From the NCBI RefSeq assembly GCF_009914755.1, contig NC_060928.1: DNA of 64,000 nucleotides; one strand, 5' to 3'. Each line of letters begins with the position of its first letter. Position 1 is the first letter of the stretch. The notes under the pieces were generated by a model that saw nothing but the letters and a program-made list of their open reading frames with translations, did not search any database and was not told the DNA's origin. The translations under genes were made by a program, and so were the position numbers. Of the stretch, positions 43,165 to 55,526 are shown in pieces. This DNA comes from the human T2T-CHM13v2.0 reference genome, Homo sapiens.

Positions 43165-43595
43165 CTTCACTCTGCTCTGCCACAGCTTGTGACTCAATAG
43201 TCTGATCTCTGTGGACTATGTCACCCTGTCCCCTTGTCCTCTGACTCTGCTGATGGGAGACCCTGGCAGGAAATTGGACGAAGGGAAGAAAGATTGGTGC
43301 ATCTCATCCTCTGTCTTCCTGTTGGGATACATCTCTGCTCCTGGCTGTATTCTTCCACGATGGAAGTGCCTGGCAGGCCCTGTCTTATGGATCAAGCTTT
43401 TCCTGGGCTCAAGAGCACTGTTACTTCCCTTTGTCCCTTCAAGGATGGGGTGGAATGGCTTCCCTTTGTCGTTGCCCTGGGCACTTCCTCAGCCTTTGCA
43501 GTTTCCCTTAGCCCAGTTTTTACTCTATAATAGTCTCTCCACTGTCAATCATCAGAGTGTGTTGTCCATTTCCCCCAAAACCCTGGGTCAACCCT
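43165..43595 (+). mobile_element. LTR41/LTR50-like ERVL LTR relic
   Basis: 'atgggagaccctggcaggaaattgga...cttccctttgtcccttcaagg...ggtggaatggcttccc...gttgccctggg...ataatagtctctcc'. The 168-aa ORF here is incidental. Confidence 0.5.
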
Positions 43596-44712
43596 CACCT
43601 CTTTACTTAACTTCAGCAAGTGACTCTGGGCCTGACCTGGGCAGATTCATTGATAATTTTATGGTGCAGAGAAGGAGGAGCATTGAGATTTGTAGGCCAA
43701 AAAGTGGGATAATGTGATTGTCCACTCTAATGGAAACAAGTTAGCTTCCCAAGGAAAGGGGATTAATTTTAGCAAAATAAAGGGAAGAAATCTTACATAA
43801 AAATTACAACTGTCCCCTAATCTTTCTTTGCAGTGTTTACAAACAGAACTTTATCCTTAGAAATGCATTTCCAATGACCAATGACCTTGTAGTCCTATTT
43901 TTTATAAAATCTAAATTATACACATTCTTTTTCCAGAGAGCGTCTACCCCAAACTACTCCTTCCATTAACTCCATTAAGCTGCAAGTACATGTTCCCTGT
44001 TTGATATGGTTGTGTTTTATCAGGCCTGTACAAGCTACTCATGGTTCTACAGTATATGGCTAGTAAGAAATTAACTGCTCCTAAAGAAAAATAAATAAAT
44101 AAATAAATAAGATGCCAGAGGTAACTGAAATGACACTACCTCTGATTAAGCACTCGTATTTAGAGAACTGGAAAGAGGAGACAAATGAACGGCCTCTTAT
44201 CTATTGCACGTGCCACATCCTGCAGGACGTAGAGTCAAGACTTCTTTGTCAATAAGTAAGTATTTGGGTCTGGAGGTGTGTTGACCTCTAGTTTTTCAGA
44301 CTAAGGCTCACCTTTGTCCATCATGTTTCTTTGACGTACCTGACAAGGTACTTTTTATTTCTTGTTGGCATGGACAGGAGGTTCTGAGAATTTTTTTATG
44401 ATTTCAGAATCACAGTTCTCTGTTTAAGGGGCTAACAGTTCTCAGGGGCAAAACTTCCCTTTTTGTCCTTTCAGTTTGATTTTCTGGGGACTTAAAACAT
44501 CTGGTAATCAACACTTTGATCATAATAGCTGGGAGTTTCTCTAAATTTACTTTTCTTAGTACAAGGTCTAAGGGCTTAAATCACTACCTCTCTCTCTCAA
44601 GCCCCAAAATATCTGCGTCTCTTCTGCTCTCTGCCTTGGGAAAATATAAAACAATAAATGAGATAAGACAAAGTTATTATGCTTTCCACCTACAAGAATC
44701 AGCTCAAGGGTG

Positions 44713-45020
44713 TTCTTTGTTTTTCTTTTTTTTTTTTTTAGAAGGAGTCTCATCTGTTGCCTAGGCTGGAGTGCAGTGGCACAATCTTGGCTGACTGCAA
44801 CCTCCACCTCCCCGGGTTCAAGCAATTCTCCTGCCTCAGCCTCCGGAGTAGCTGGGATTACAGGCACCTGCCACCAAGCCCGGATAATTTTTGTATTTTC
44901 AGCAGAGACAGGGTTTCGCCATGATGTCCAAGCTGGTCTTGAATTCCTGACTTCAGGTGGTAGGCCCGCCTTGGCCTCCTAGAGTGTTGGCATTACAGGC
45001 ATGAACCACTGTGCCCAGCC
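44713..45020 (-). mobile_element. AluS (Sx/Sz-like)
   Basis: Antisense dimer ending 'ccactgtgcccagcc'. Confidence 0.94.
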
Positions 45021-45629
45021 TAGGATTTCTACTGCTTTATGGCAGAAGGTTAGTTCTGGTGTGACAAGGGGTGGAGGACTGGAGATATGAGTCTAATCCA
45101 AGAGACAAGGGTCCTCCTGGGACCCAGTGCCATCTCTTGGATTTATTACTTCCATAACGTACTGCCATGAAGGTTAGCATGAGGCATGGAATTTGGATTT
45201 TACCACCTTGATAGATGTTCACTTTCTAATACTATTCTTACTGGATGCTAGTTTATGTTAATGGATTTGTCTGCTTTATCCTTCCCGCCTTAAGTGAGGG
45301 TAACCAAAGTTTGTCTCTTTCTATTTGAACTTTACTGAAAACCTACAATGGTTAAAAAAAAATTCTGAGCTCTACAACTCCAAAATCCTGATGCTGTCAT
45401 TTTAACTATATCATTTAGAGCTTGATCATGGATGAATACTTGTTCTGTTTCCCAAAAATGTCAACAAGTGAAAGTTTTCCCAATGCTTTCCTCCCATGTG
45501 AAATTAATTGCTAGCTTCCCAGCCAGGAACAGAAAGAAGATTTTCATAGCCCACAATCTTGCTTCAATTTAGCTAAATCCGTATTTCAGATTCTGTTCCA
45601 TGAAACACTCACTTTGGAGTACCAGTTTC

Positions 45630-45750
45630 TGTATTACTGAGAGCAAGTAAAAGAAACCCAACTCAACTTACTTTGAACATAAAAAGGAAATCGATTGGCT
45701 CATACTAACTAGATTGTCAGAGTAAAGGTAGACTCATATCTATTAAGAAC
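45630..45750 (-). mobile_element. old MLT1 (J/K-like) LTR fragment
   Basis: 'gcaagtaaaagaaacccaactcaacttactttgaacataaaaagga..attggctcat'. Confidence 0.55.
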
Positions 45751-45762
45751 CTGAATCCTGAT

Positions 45763-45943
45763 ATTTTTTTCTCTTTCTTTCTCCTTTTTTGCTTTCTCCA
45801 CTCCTTCCCTCTCTCCTCCTTCTCTCTTACCTTCAAATGTTCAACTCTCTCGTCCTTCTCTGTGTTAAGTGTGTTCTTTCTCTCTCTCTCTCTCTCGCTT
45901 GCTCTCTTTTGTGTGCACAAGCGCTATCTCTCTCTCTCTCCTC
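45763..45943. repeat. CT-rich low-complexity / (CT)n tract
   Basis: Pyrimidine-rich region with (CT)n runs. Confidence 0.75.
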
Positions 45944-45966
45944 TGAGAGTATAAGGGTTTCCTCCA

Positions 45967-46510
45967 TGTAATTGTTAATATTGAGTGTCAATTTGATTGG
46001 ATTGAAGGATGCAAATTATTGTCCCTGGGTGTGTCTGTGAGGATATTGCCAAAGAAGATATTGAGTGAGTGGACTGGGAAAGGCGGACCCATCCTCAGTC
46101 CAGGTGGGCACAATCTAATCAGCTGCCAGTGTTGCTAGGATAAAAGCAGGCAGAAGAACATGGAAAGACTGGACTGGCTAAGTCATCTGGCCTCCATCTT
46201 TCTCCTGTGCTGCATGCTTCCTGCCCTTGAACATTGGACTCCAAGTTCTTCAGCTTTTGGACTCTTGGACTTACACCCGTGGTTTCCCAGGGGCTGTGGG
46301 TCCTTTGGCCATAGACTGAAGGCTGCACTATCGGCTTCTCTACTTTTGAGGTTTGGGGACTCGGACTGGCTTCCTTGCTCCTCAGCTTGCAGAGGGCCTA
46401 TTGTGGGACTTCACCTTGTGATCGTGTTAGTCAATTCTCCTAATAAACTTCCCGTCATATGTACATCTATCCTGTTAGTTCTGTCCCTTTAGAGAACCCT
46501 GACTAATACA
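45967..46510 (+). mobile_element. MLT2A2 (HERV-L) solo LTR, apparently full length
   Basis: TG...CA ends; 'gttaatattgagtgtcaatttgattggattgaaggatgcaaa', 'ggactccaagttcttcagcttttggactcttggacttacacc', 'aataaac', 'agagaaccctgactaataca'; 5-bp TSD ctcca/ctctg (compatible with CpG decay of ctccg). Confidence 0.93.
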
Positions 46511-46584
46511 CTCTGTGTAGGGACAGAGCTTTGGGGATGCACCATACTAGTTAGTGAAGGCAAAGAAGATAAAAAGAGTTTTTC

Positions 46585-46957
<373 letters not shown>

Positions 46958-47149
46958 TCATGAGCTCACCCTGTTATTAGAGTATAGGAAAATGGTGATG
47001 TGGGACATTACTCTTTTTAGAAGGAAAAAGGAAATAGATGCTGGAAAGATAAAACAACACGCACTCAACACAGCAAAAATCAAAGACAAATCATTTACAA
47101 ACAAAAGAAACAAATCAGAAACCCCAAAACTCTAATGATGTTTCCAGTG

Positions 47150-48190
47150 TTTAGCTCTTACAAATTGTGCTTCTGCGAACTGCACATGTTTTTGGTAAAC
47201 TTTTGTACACATTTCTGTTCCGTATATATACCTAGAATTGTTGGGCCATAGGACATATTATTTTTAGCATTAGTAGATAGTGGCAAACAATTTTCTAAAA
47301 TCCGTCTATAAGATGATGTTCCCATCAGTAGTGTATCAGATTTTCAGTTACTCCACATTCCCACCACCATATGGTATGATGTCTTAAGTTTAGCTCTTCT
47401 GGTGTGTGTATAGTGGCATTATATTGTGTTTTAACTTGCATTTATATGATGATGAAAGTAGTTAAGCAAATCATTATGTTTATTTATAATTTGGATATCA
47501 TTTTCACAAAATTCCTGTTCAAGTCTTTGAGTCATTTACTTACTGGATTTTTAAAATTTACTTATTGATTCAAATAAACCTTAGGGATATGAATTCTCTG
47601 TGAGATATACACACTATTTTCCAACTAGGAGGCATGCTCACTTACTCTCTTGATGGTGTCTTGTAAGGAACATGAGTTGTTCATTTTAATACATCCAGTT
47701 GGTCAGTTTGTAAAATAAATACTATTTTTGGGTCCTACTTTAATTAATATTTCCTGCCCAACAATCAAAATCTTTTATATTTTCTTCTAGTGGCTTTATT
47801 GTTTGACTTTCATACTGAGAAATATAATCCTAAATATATTGCTTAGATCTGTAATCCATTTGATATTAACTTTTATTTATTGTCAAGATCATAAGGTAGG
47901 AAGGGATCAACATCAATTTTTTCCATAAGGATATTCAATTCACTCAAAGCCATTTTTTTAAAGCCATTTTTTTCATTTTACAGCAAAATACACATAATAT
48001 AAAATTTCCCATCTTAACCATTTTTAAGTGTACAGATAAGTCATTAAATACATCCACAATGTTGTCCCACCATCACCACCCTCAATCTCCATAACTTTTC
48101 TTCTTGTAAAATTAAAACTCCGTACCCATTAAACAATAACTCCCCATTCTGTCCTTCTCCCAGCCCTAGGCAACTACCTCAGAATCATTT
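47150..48190 (-). mobile_element. old L1M fragments (includes an L1MB-like 3' end at ~47965-48180)
   Basis: 'tatatacctagaattgttggg', 'tagtggcattatattgtgttttaacttgcattt', 'catcttaaccatttttaagtgtacag...aaactccgtacccattaaacaataactcccc'. Confidence 0.7.
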
Positions 48191-49771
48191 ATTTTTAAAA
48201 TATTTATTATATGCACATATTCATATGTACATATGTATAGATCTCTTTATATCAACATGTTTATCTTCTAGAAGTGTGTGTATGTATTCATCTTTATGTT
48301 TTGAGGTATGTATATGTATATATGGATAACATTCTAAATACATACATACACAAACATATGTGTGCATGTTTTAGTCTGTTACTTATTGATTATAAACAAG
48401 AGATTATTTTTCTTCTTATTGTCATAAAATTCACATTGTTAATGTGCCATATACATATTACTGATGAATAAATTTACTTATTAAAAGAGTGGAATAAACA
48501 GCTCTGTTGCCTTTTGTAGACTTCAAATATTTGGAATATTTTTATCTTTGTAATAACCATTTAAAGTTGAAAGGGAAGATGAATTAAACATGCCAAGGAG
48601 ATGACCTTCTGCATTAGAAGTCCTGTGATAGCTAAGACCATACAGGAGAAAGACAAAAGTTTATCTTGCTGGGCAGACTCTGATTCCTTTGATCTCAAAC
48701 TCAGTGCTTTTAAAATGAAATGTTAAATTACTAATTCCAGAATAATAATGACCAGACTCAATGACTCAACTATGCTAGCAGATACTAGTGAAATGAATAG
48801 AAGCATATATAGGGCTACCATAGTTTTCAAAGGTGCTATTGAATCACAAAAACTATTGGTATCTTTATAGTGTTAAACTTTGAAGAAGAGCAGACACAGA
48901 CAAATCAAGGCAAATATTAATTATTCTAGCAATAGAGCAAAAGTTAGTATTAGAATTTGGATCTTAATTATTGAAATTAATCTGCAATGTCTTCTTAAGC
49001 TATGAAAGCATGAAATGTTCCACTAAAAATATGTGTCTTATGTTGGCAAATTAGGTAAACTAGTGTAATGTTATTGTAAGATTACCATTACATAGAAAAT
49101 GAGGGATAAAGGCAAACAAGCATACTTAACACAATTAGTCAGGCCTATTAAATAGAAACATATTAAACATTAATGATCATTACTATTTGAAAATTTAGCC
49201 CTGGATTATCACTAATATTACCATATAATATTGGAAACAGCTTCTTGTTTCTCTATTGTTCTTACATTTCTCCAAAATTTATTTTAGGGAATGCATTTAT
49301 TCACCAAGTAGCAAGAAAATTGTTTATATAGTCATGATAATGTAATCAGAGGGCAGATCAATGTAAAAGGATTTTTGACATTGTAATTATTTGAACTTTA
49401 AATCATAGCAATGTGTTTTTTATGTTTGTATACAAATAATATCTTCAAAATGATGCATGTATAACAGGGTCAAAAAAAGTCAGTATTTTGCACATCAACA
49501 CTTAATTGCCTTTGACAGTTTAAGCTTATTTCAATGTTAGTATTATACATTGATCAGATGGACATTTTGAATCCATCTCCAATTCTATCTTGAACTAAAA
49601 CCTCTTCTGCATAAATCCTTTTTCTTAGCAATTTTTATGCACAAACTTATTTTCACTCTTCAAAATTCTTTTGCTTTTAATTGTAATAAAACATATTTTT
49701 CAGAAATTTTCTTTATAGTTTTCAAATTCTATGCAAGGTCTATGACACACTCTCTCTAACTTCGTATCACA

Positions 49772-50205
49772 ATCAATGCATTTATTTAAAAGATACTTAT
49801 TAAACCTATATGTCCCAGACATTGATCTAGGCTTGTGGAGTTCAAGAACGAAAACAAATAAACAAAGCAACAAAAGCAAGGCCTGTAATCGCCTGGAGTT
49901 GATTATACTTGTTGAGAGGTAATAATATCAATAAAATATGTGAAAAGAAAGAAGATACTTTCAGAGCAAGATAGCCACACAGGTTAATGAGATAGAATCA
50001 GAAAGAAGAAACAGAAGACCTCTCTGAGGTCGTCTGCGAGCTGATATCTGAATGGCAGAAAGGTTGTCCACCTGACTATTTGCAGATTCCCTACAAAGAA
50101 ATGATAATTGAGGCATCCATGAGTCAAAAGCAAGCCCGGTGTGTTAGGAATGGCTGGAGCCTACTGAAGGAGGAGAGTAGTGGGGATTAATTGGAGAGGC
50201 AGTAA
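49772..50205 (-). mobile_element. L2 3' end relic
   Basis: 'catttatttaaaagatacttattaaacctatatgtcccagacattgatctaggc...gacctctctgagg...gagctgatatctgaatg'. Confidence 0.65.
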
Positions 50206-50206
50206 G

Positions 50207-50458
50207 AAACAAACATGGCATGTTCTCACTCATAAGTGGGATTTGAACAATGAGAACACATGGACACAGAGAGGGGAACAACACACACCAGTGCCTGTTG
50301 CAGGGTGGGAAGTGAGAGGGGAGGGAACTTGGCGGATGGGTCAATAGGTGCAGCAAACCACCATGGCACACATATACCTATGCAAACCTGCATGTTCTGC
50401 ACATGTATCCCGTTTCTTTTCTTTAGAAGAAATAAAAATAAATAAATAAATAAACAAA
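50207..50458 (+). mobile_element. L1PA (L1PA8-10-like) 3' UTR fragment
   Basis: 'catgttctcactcataagtggg...ggatgggtcaataggtgcagcaaaccaccatggcac...cacatgtatcccgtttcttttctttagaagaaataaa' plus an (AAAT)n tail. Confidence 0.9.
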
Positions 50459-50738
50459 TCATAAGGTTGAATAAGTAAAAAAAAAGGGGTAAAAAGGCAT
50501 TATGTAAAAGAACATACTGAAAATCTTAAAATTAAAATGTCATTATTAAACTTTTTTAAATTTTAGTAGTTCATGTACATAATGCAACTATTAGTTTAAT
50601 TAGTATTAGTGGGACCCTGTTTATTAGAGAAATTACCATGCTGAAAGATACAACTGGTGAAATATCTCAGAATGTAATGTGAATAACCAAAAAGGTAAAA
50701 AAAAATGATAGAGATATAGAAGATAGATTAGAAACCTG

Positions 50739-50804
50739 GAGATTGCACCACTGCACTCCAGCCTGGGCAACAGAGCGAGACTCCGTCTCAGAAAAAAAAA
50801 AAAA
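50739..50804 (+). mobile_element. extremely 5'-truncated Alu (last ~50 nt plus A tail)
   Basis: 'gagattgcaccactgcactccagcctgggcaacagagcgagactccgtctca' plus A tail; 11-bp TSD 'agaaacctgga' at 50730-50740 and 50804-50814. Confidence 0.9.
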
Positions 50805-50994
50805 GAAACCTGGAAAACCAGTCATACGAAACTTCCAGACAGAACAATAAATGAATAGATCATTTGAAAGTGTTAAAGAATATAGTTGATTCCCCAAACC
50901 CAAGCAAACAAATATTAGGGATTAATCAGACCCTCATAAAAACGCATAGGACTATTTGTAGACTGTTCTTATAAATAAAAGCCTAAATGAATCT

Positions 50995-51297
<303 letters not shown>

Positions 51298-51979
51298 TGC
51301 TTAATCTTTCTTCAGGGGTATTTTGTAAACATTACAGAGAATATTCCTAAACATCCATTTGGCTGGACCGTAGAGAATTTAATTTAAAAATTATATATTT
51401 ATTCTCTGTTTGCCAAAAGCTACATGCACAAATTACTGTAACTGGAAATTATGTGATACATCTAGCATTCTATAACAGCCTGTGTCACATAACAAAACCT
51501 GCACCTGCCTGCAGGAAATTGTGCCTCACCAGCTCACTTTAGAGACTTTTCACTGTTTGTTGCAAGGTCCCCCCTCCTTCTGCAATGATAAAGCTGTTAC
51601 TTACAGATTGATTGCTGGGTGGTTTTACTCAATTCAGGTTAACTAATAGTCCTGTGAATCAGAAGCCTCTGACCCAAGTGCTGGATATCCCTTTATGTGA
51701 TCTACATAACAATAACTCTAAAGAGAATCTTTATTCAAAAACCCATATGTTATGTGAGTCCTCCAACTGATGTGTCACCTGACAACTTTTGCAGCTTTTT
51801 TTTGGAATGACAGGTTGTTTTCTGTCTTTTGGATGTCTGGTTACTCAGATTTTCCATGGAATCTGCAAATGGCAAAGATAGTTTTTTAAAAGAGGTTAAA
51901 TAACCATGAATTTTTTTCTTCTTCAGGTGAGAGAGGACTAGCTTTCTGGACTCAGTGCGTTATAGTGATTGATATTGTC

Positions 51980-52273
51980 ACATTAAGACAAATCAGAGAG
52001 AGGAGGACTGAATCTTCAGGAACTTTCATTCTTCCATATAGTGCAGTATCATTGTTCCCAATTCGCAGGAATATTTAACCTAGAAAGAAACCTAAGAATA
52101 ACATCCTTTTCAATGAAAAGATGCTAACATGAAGACAAATCAGAGAGAGGAGGACTGAATCTTCAGGAACTTTCATTCTTCCATATAGTGCAGTATCATT
52201 GTTCCCAATTCGCAGGAATATTTAACCTAGAAAGAAACCTAAGAATAACATCCTTTTCAATGAAAAGATGCTA
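51980..52273. repeat. 147-bp x2 direct tandem duplication of unique sequence
   Basis: 51980-52126 and 52127-52273 are identical by eye except T51984/G52131. Confidence 0.97.
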
Positions 52274-52927
52274 CAGTTTTTGTGCTGTTAACCCCCCAAA
52301 TTCACAATCATTGAAATATGTTTCAATTAATACATTGTATTTATACATAATTAACACAAGGAAAACTACATTTCTCTTTTGATTCAACGGTTATTTTGTT
52401 ATAACTTTCATAAACAAAAGGATTCTCACAATAGTTTTTCATTCATTAAAATGTAGAGCCCATCAAACAAATCTAATTATTTGTATAATGCTTCCTTTTT
52501 TAGGTGGAACAGCAAACTTTTTTGCTACTTTGTAGTTCTAGGAAAGCAAAAGATGATTTAGTTATAAAAGACATCCAAAGAGTTTATTATTCTGAATCTG
52601 AAATTTGAATTGGAGAAAGCACAGTTAAGAATTTTTAAAGGAGAAAATATATGAATTAAAGTCTTAAATATCTAAAATAAAGAAATAGTTACAATCAATA
52701 TTTTCCTAATGCACAGCATATGAAACAATGTAAATTTGAACTTTAAAAATTAGGGATTCAAGAGAAGGCCGAAAGTACAGAAAGTTAACAATATTTGGAT
52801 GATAAAAAGAAAACTCTACAATGTAGGCCCAAAATAACTGGTAAACTTAGAAAAAAAAACAAAATTTGATTTTTTGTATAAAAAATTTGTATCTAAATTT
52901 GTATCTATATTTGAAAAATTTAGATAC

Positions 52928-53179
52928 CTGCCTTAGAGATTGGAAAATTCTTCACAATGGCACACACACCTAAATGTGACCCAGATTTAAGGTCCACATT
53001 TCAGTCAGTGCCTTTTACAAATGGAGGTTCTATTCCTAAGGAATATTGGTTTCATTTATTCCCAGGACAATAAATTTAAAAACTAAGTCTGGCAGTCTCA
53101 ATGAAATAATCAGAGCTCAGAAAACTTACCTTGATATTATGGGAAGGGTGGCCTTCCCTCTGAGCCAGTAGAGATACAA
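52928..53179 (+). repeat. local dispersed duplication, copy A (~250 bp)
   Basis: Aligns to 54931-55032 plus 55352-55501 with about 27 mismatches counted by eye (~89%). Confidence 0.93.
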
Positions 53180-53340
53180 ATGACAATTAGCAGTAAAGAA
53201 TTTATTGTTATACATATATATAAAACATATAAATATCTTATTAAGATTATAAAACACTCTTTAAAAACACTCTTATAAGTGTGTTTCTATCTAAATCAAA
53301 TTTGTATCTTAAATCAAATTTTTATACAAATTTGTATCTA

Positions 53341-53445
53341 ACTTTTTCAATACACTTTTTCCTTTCTGCCTTAGAGATTGGAAAATTCGTAGCCATGGCA
53401 CAGACATCCAAATGTGACCCCGACTGTGGGTCACAGTATCAGTCA
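53341..53445 (+). repeat. local dispersed duplication, partial copy B
   Basis: 'tttttcaatacactttttcctttctgccttagagattggaaaattc...atggcacagacatccaaatgtgaccc' matches the start of copies A and C. Confidence 0.85.
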
Positions 53446-54907
53446 CTCTTATAAGAGTGTTTTTTACACAGTCTTGCATATATAACATAGCTGTATAAAT
53501 ATACATAAATAAATATACAAACAGATGATTAGTGTAAAACTTTCCACAGCTTTAATTTTTCATCATTTACTGTATTACTATTTTAATAAGGCAATGTTAG
53601 TTTATAATGTATTTACCATCTTAATACACCCTGAAAGTTTTATCAGTAAAGAGACAAATTATTTTCTTGTTTACAGTTTTTATCTTTCCATAACAAATAC
53701 ACCTAGTGTTTTTTAACATTTACGCGATTTCGAATAATAATAATAATTACAATTCTTAATCAAAATAATTCACTTTGTTTTCTTCAAACACCAGGAGAAA
53801 ACTAGAAGAAAGGAAAACATGTTGTCAGTTTTTTTTCCCATGAGAAAACATTCTATTTTTTGTAAATTTTAAGGTGGCAAAAATAGCCACAATTGAAATG
53901 GCATTCAAATCCATTTGTACAAAGTGTAACATGAATAAATTAAAAGTTGGTTCAGCAATCACTGTTTTGCATCATTTTGATATTTAGAAATTGCAAAGTA
54001 TTCAAAGACTCTATTTTAATCACTTCAATGTATCATTTGTCTAAGGTTTTAAGTCAATAAACAACCTGTATTTACAAGTTTCATTAAGTTAATTTCTTAA
54101 TAGTTATATTGTAATGAGAATTTCAGAGGCATAAACTCTTTTAAAATATTCTGTTTTACAGTTCTATAGAGGTAAACATAATTTTACATCCTTTTGGAAT
54201 CTTAACTATAAGGAAACACTCATATCTTACTTGACTCATAGAATCAGTATCATTCATTCAGAAGATATTTATAAGTTAATCCTGTTCTCAACATAATAGG
54301 ATGTTGTGATTACACTTATTTTTATAGTAAAACCAGGGAGAAAAAAATAGTTTTCTTTAAAATCAATATTATTAGCTGACTTGCATTTGTCTAATTGAAT
54401 ATCTTATTATCTGAAATAGTACCTGAACTGTTATCTTGATATAATCTATAAACCTCTGATTTAATAAACTAATTTTTAAGGTCTCCAAATCATGCCAAAA
54501 GTTGAGTACACTGATCTTATTTTGGGAAACTTTGTAACCAGGTTCATAATTTAAAATAAAAAAAAATACAGCTAAATTTTTATCCCCTTTGAGTTAAAAC
54601 TTTCAGAAGGAATAAATTTAAAGAGGAATAAACATATGAATTTAATATTTTCTCTTTATTTGTAGTAAGAATGTGAAAACTATTTTTTATCGACCTTTTT
54701 ATTTACAATATTATAATAACAAGTATCTTGGACAAAATGGTGGATTTTTTTCCCCCTTGAATGTTTCTTTAACTTCTAAATTATTATCATCGTCTTGCCA
54801 ACAGGCATTTTCAACAAAATTTTTCTATCCTTTGGCCTCACCAAAAGAATGGACAAAATGGTAGAGGTAAGGGAGAAGTGAAATGTAAGAACCAAGGACA
54901 AGTATAC

Positions 54908-55501
54908 ATTTTTCAACAAACTTTTTTTTTCCGCCTTAGAGATTAGAATATTCTTAACAACGGCACAGACATCTGAAAGTGATCCAGATTTAAGGTCCAC
55001 ATTTCAGTCAGTACCTTTTATAAATGGAGATTATCATTATTATTATTATTATTTTTTTGAGACAGAGTCTCGCTCTGTCACCAAAGCTGGAGTGCAGTGG
55101 CACGATCTCCTCACTGCAACCTCCGCCTCCCTGGTTCAAGCGATTCTTCTGCCTCACCCTCTCGAGTAGCTGGGACTACAGGTGTGCACCAACATGCCCA
55201 GATAATTTTTTATATTTTTGGTAGAGACAGGGTCTCGCCATGTTGGCCAGGCTGGTCTTGAACTCCTGACCACAGGTGATCCACCACCTCGGCCTCCCAA
55301 AGAGCTGGGATTACAAGTGTGAGCCACCACGCCCAGCCTATAGTGGAGATTCTATTCGTAAGGAATATTGGTTTTATCTATTCCCAGGACAATAAATTTA
55401 AAAACTAATTCTGACAGCCTTGATGAAATAATCAGAGCTCAGAAAAGTTATCTTGAGATTCTGGGAAGGGTGGCCTTCCTTCTGAGCCAGTAGAGATGCA
55501 A
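54908..55501 (+). repeat. local dispersed duplication, copy C (interrupted by an Alu)
   Basis: Same sequence as copy A, with an Alu at 55033-55338. Confidence 0.93.
55033..55338 (-). mobile_element. AluS (Sx/Sz-like) with (ATT)n tail
   Basis: Antisense dimer; TSD 'tataaatggagatt'/'tatagtggagatt'. Confidence 0.95.
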
Positions 55502-55526
55502 GGTGGCAAGGATGTATCCCCTATTC

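Noticed and set aside
43211-43717. 168-aa ORF, the longest outside simple repeats
   Set aside because: Starts at GTG, lies mostly in an old LTR relic, and has no recognisable domain or splice context.
51980-52273. Possible CRISPR-like or satellite array
   Set aside because: Only two units, no spacers, eukaryotic context; it is a simple tandem duplication.
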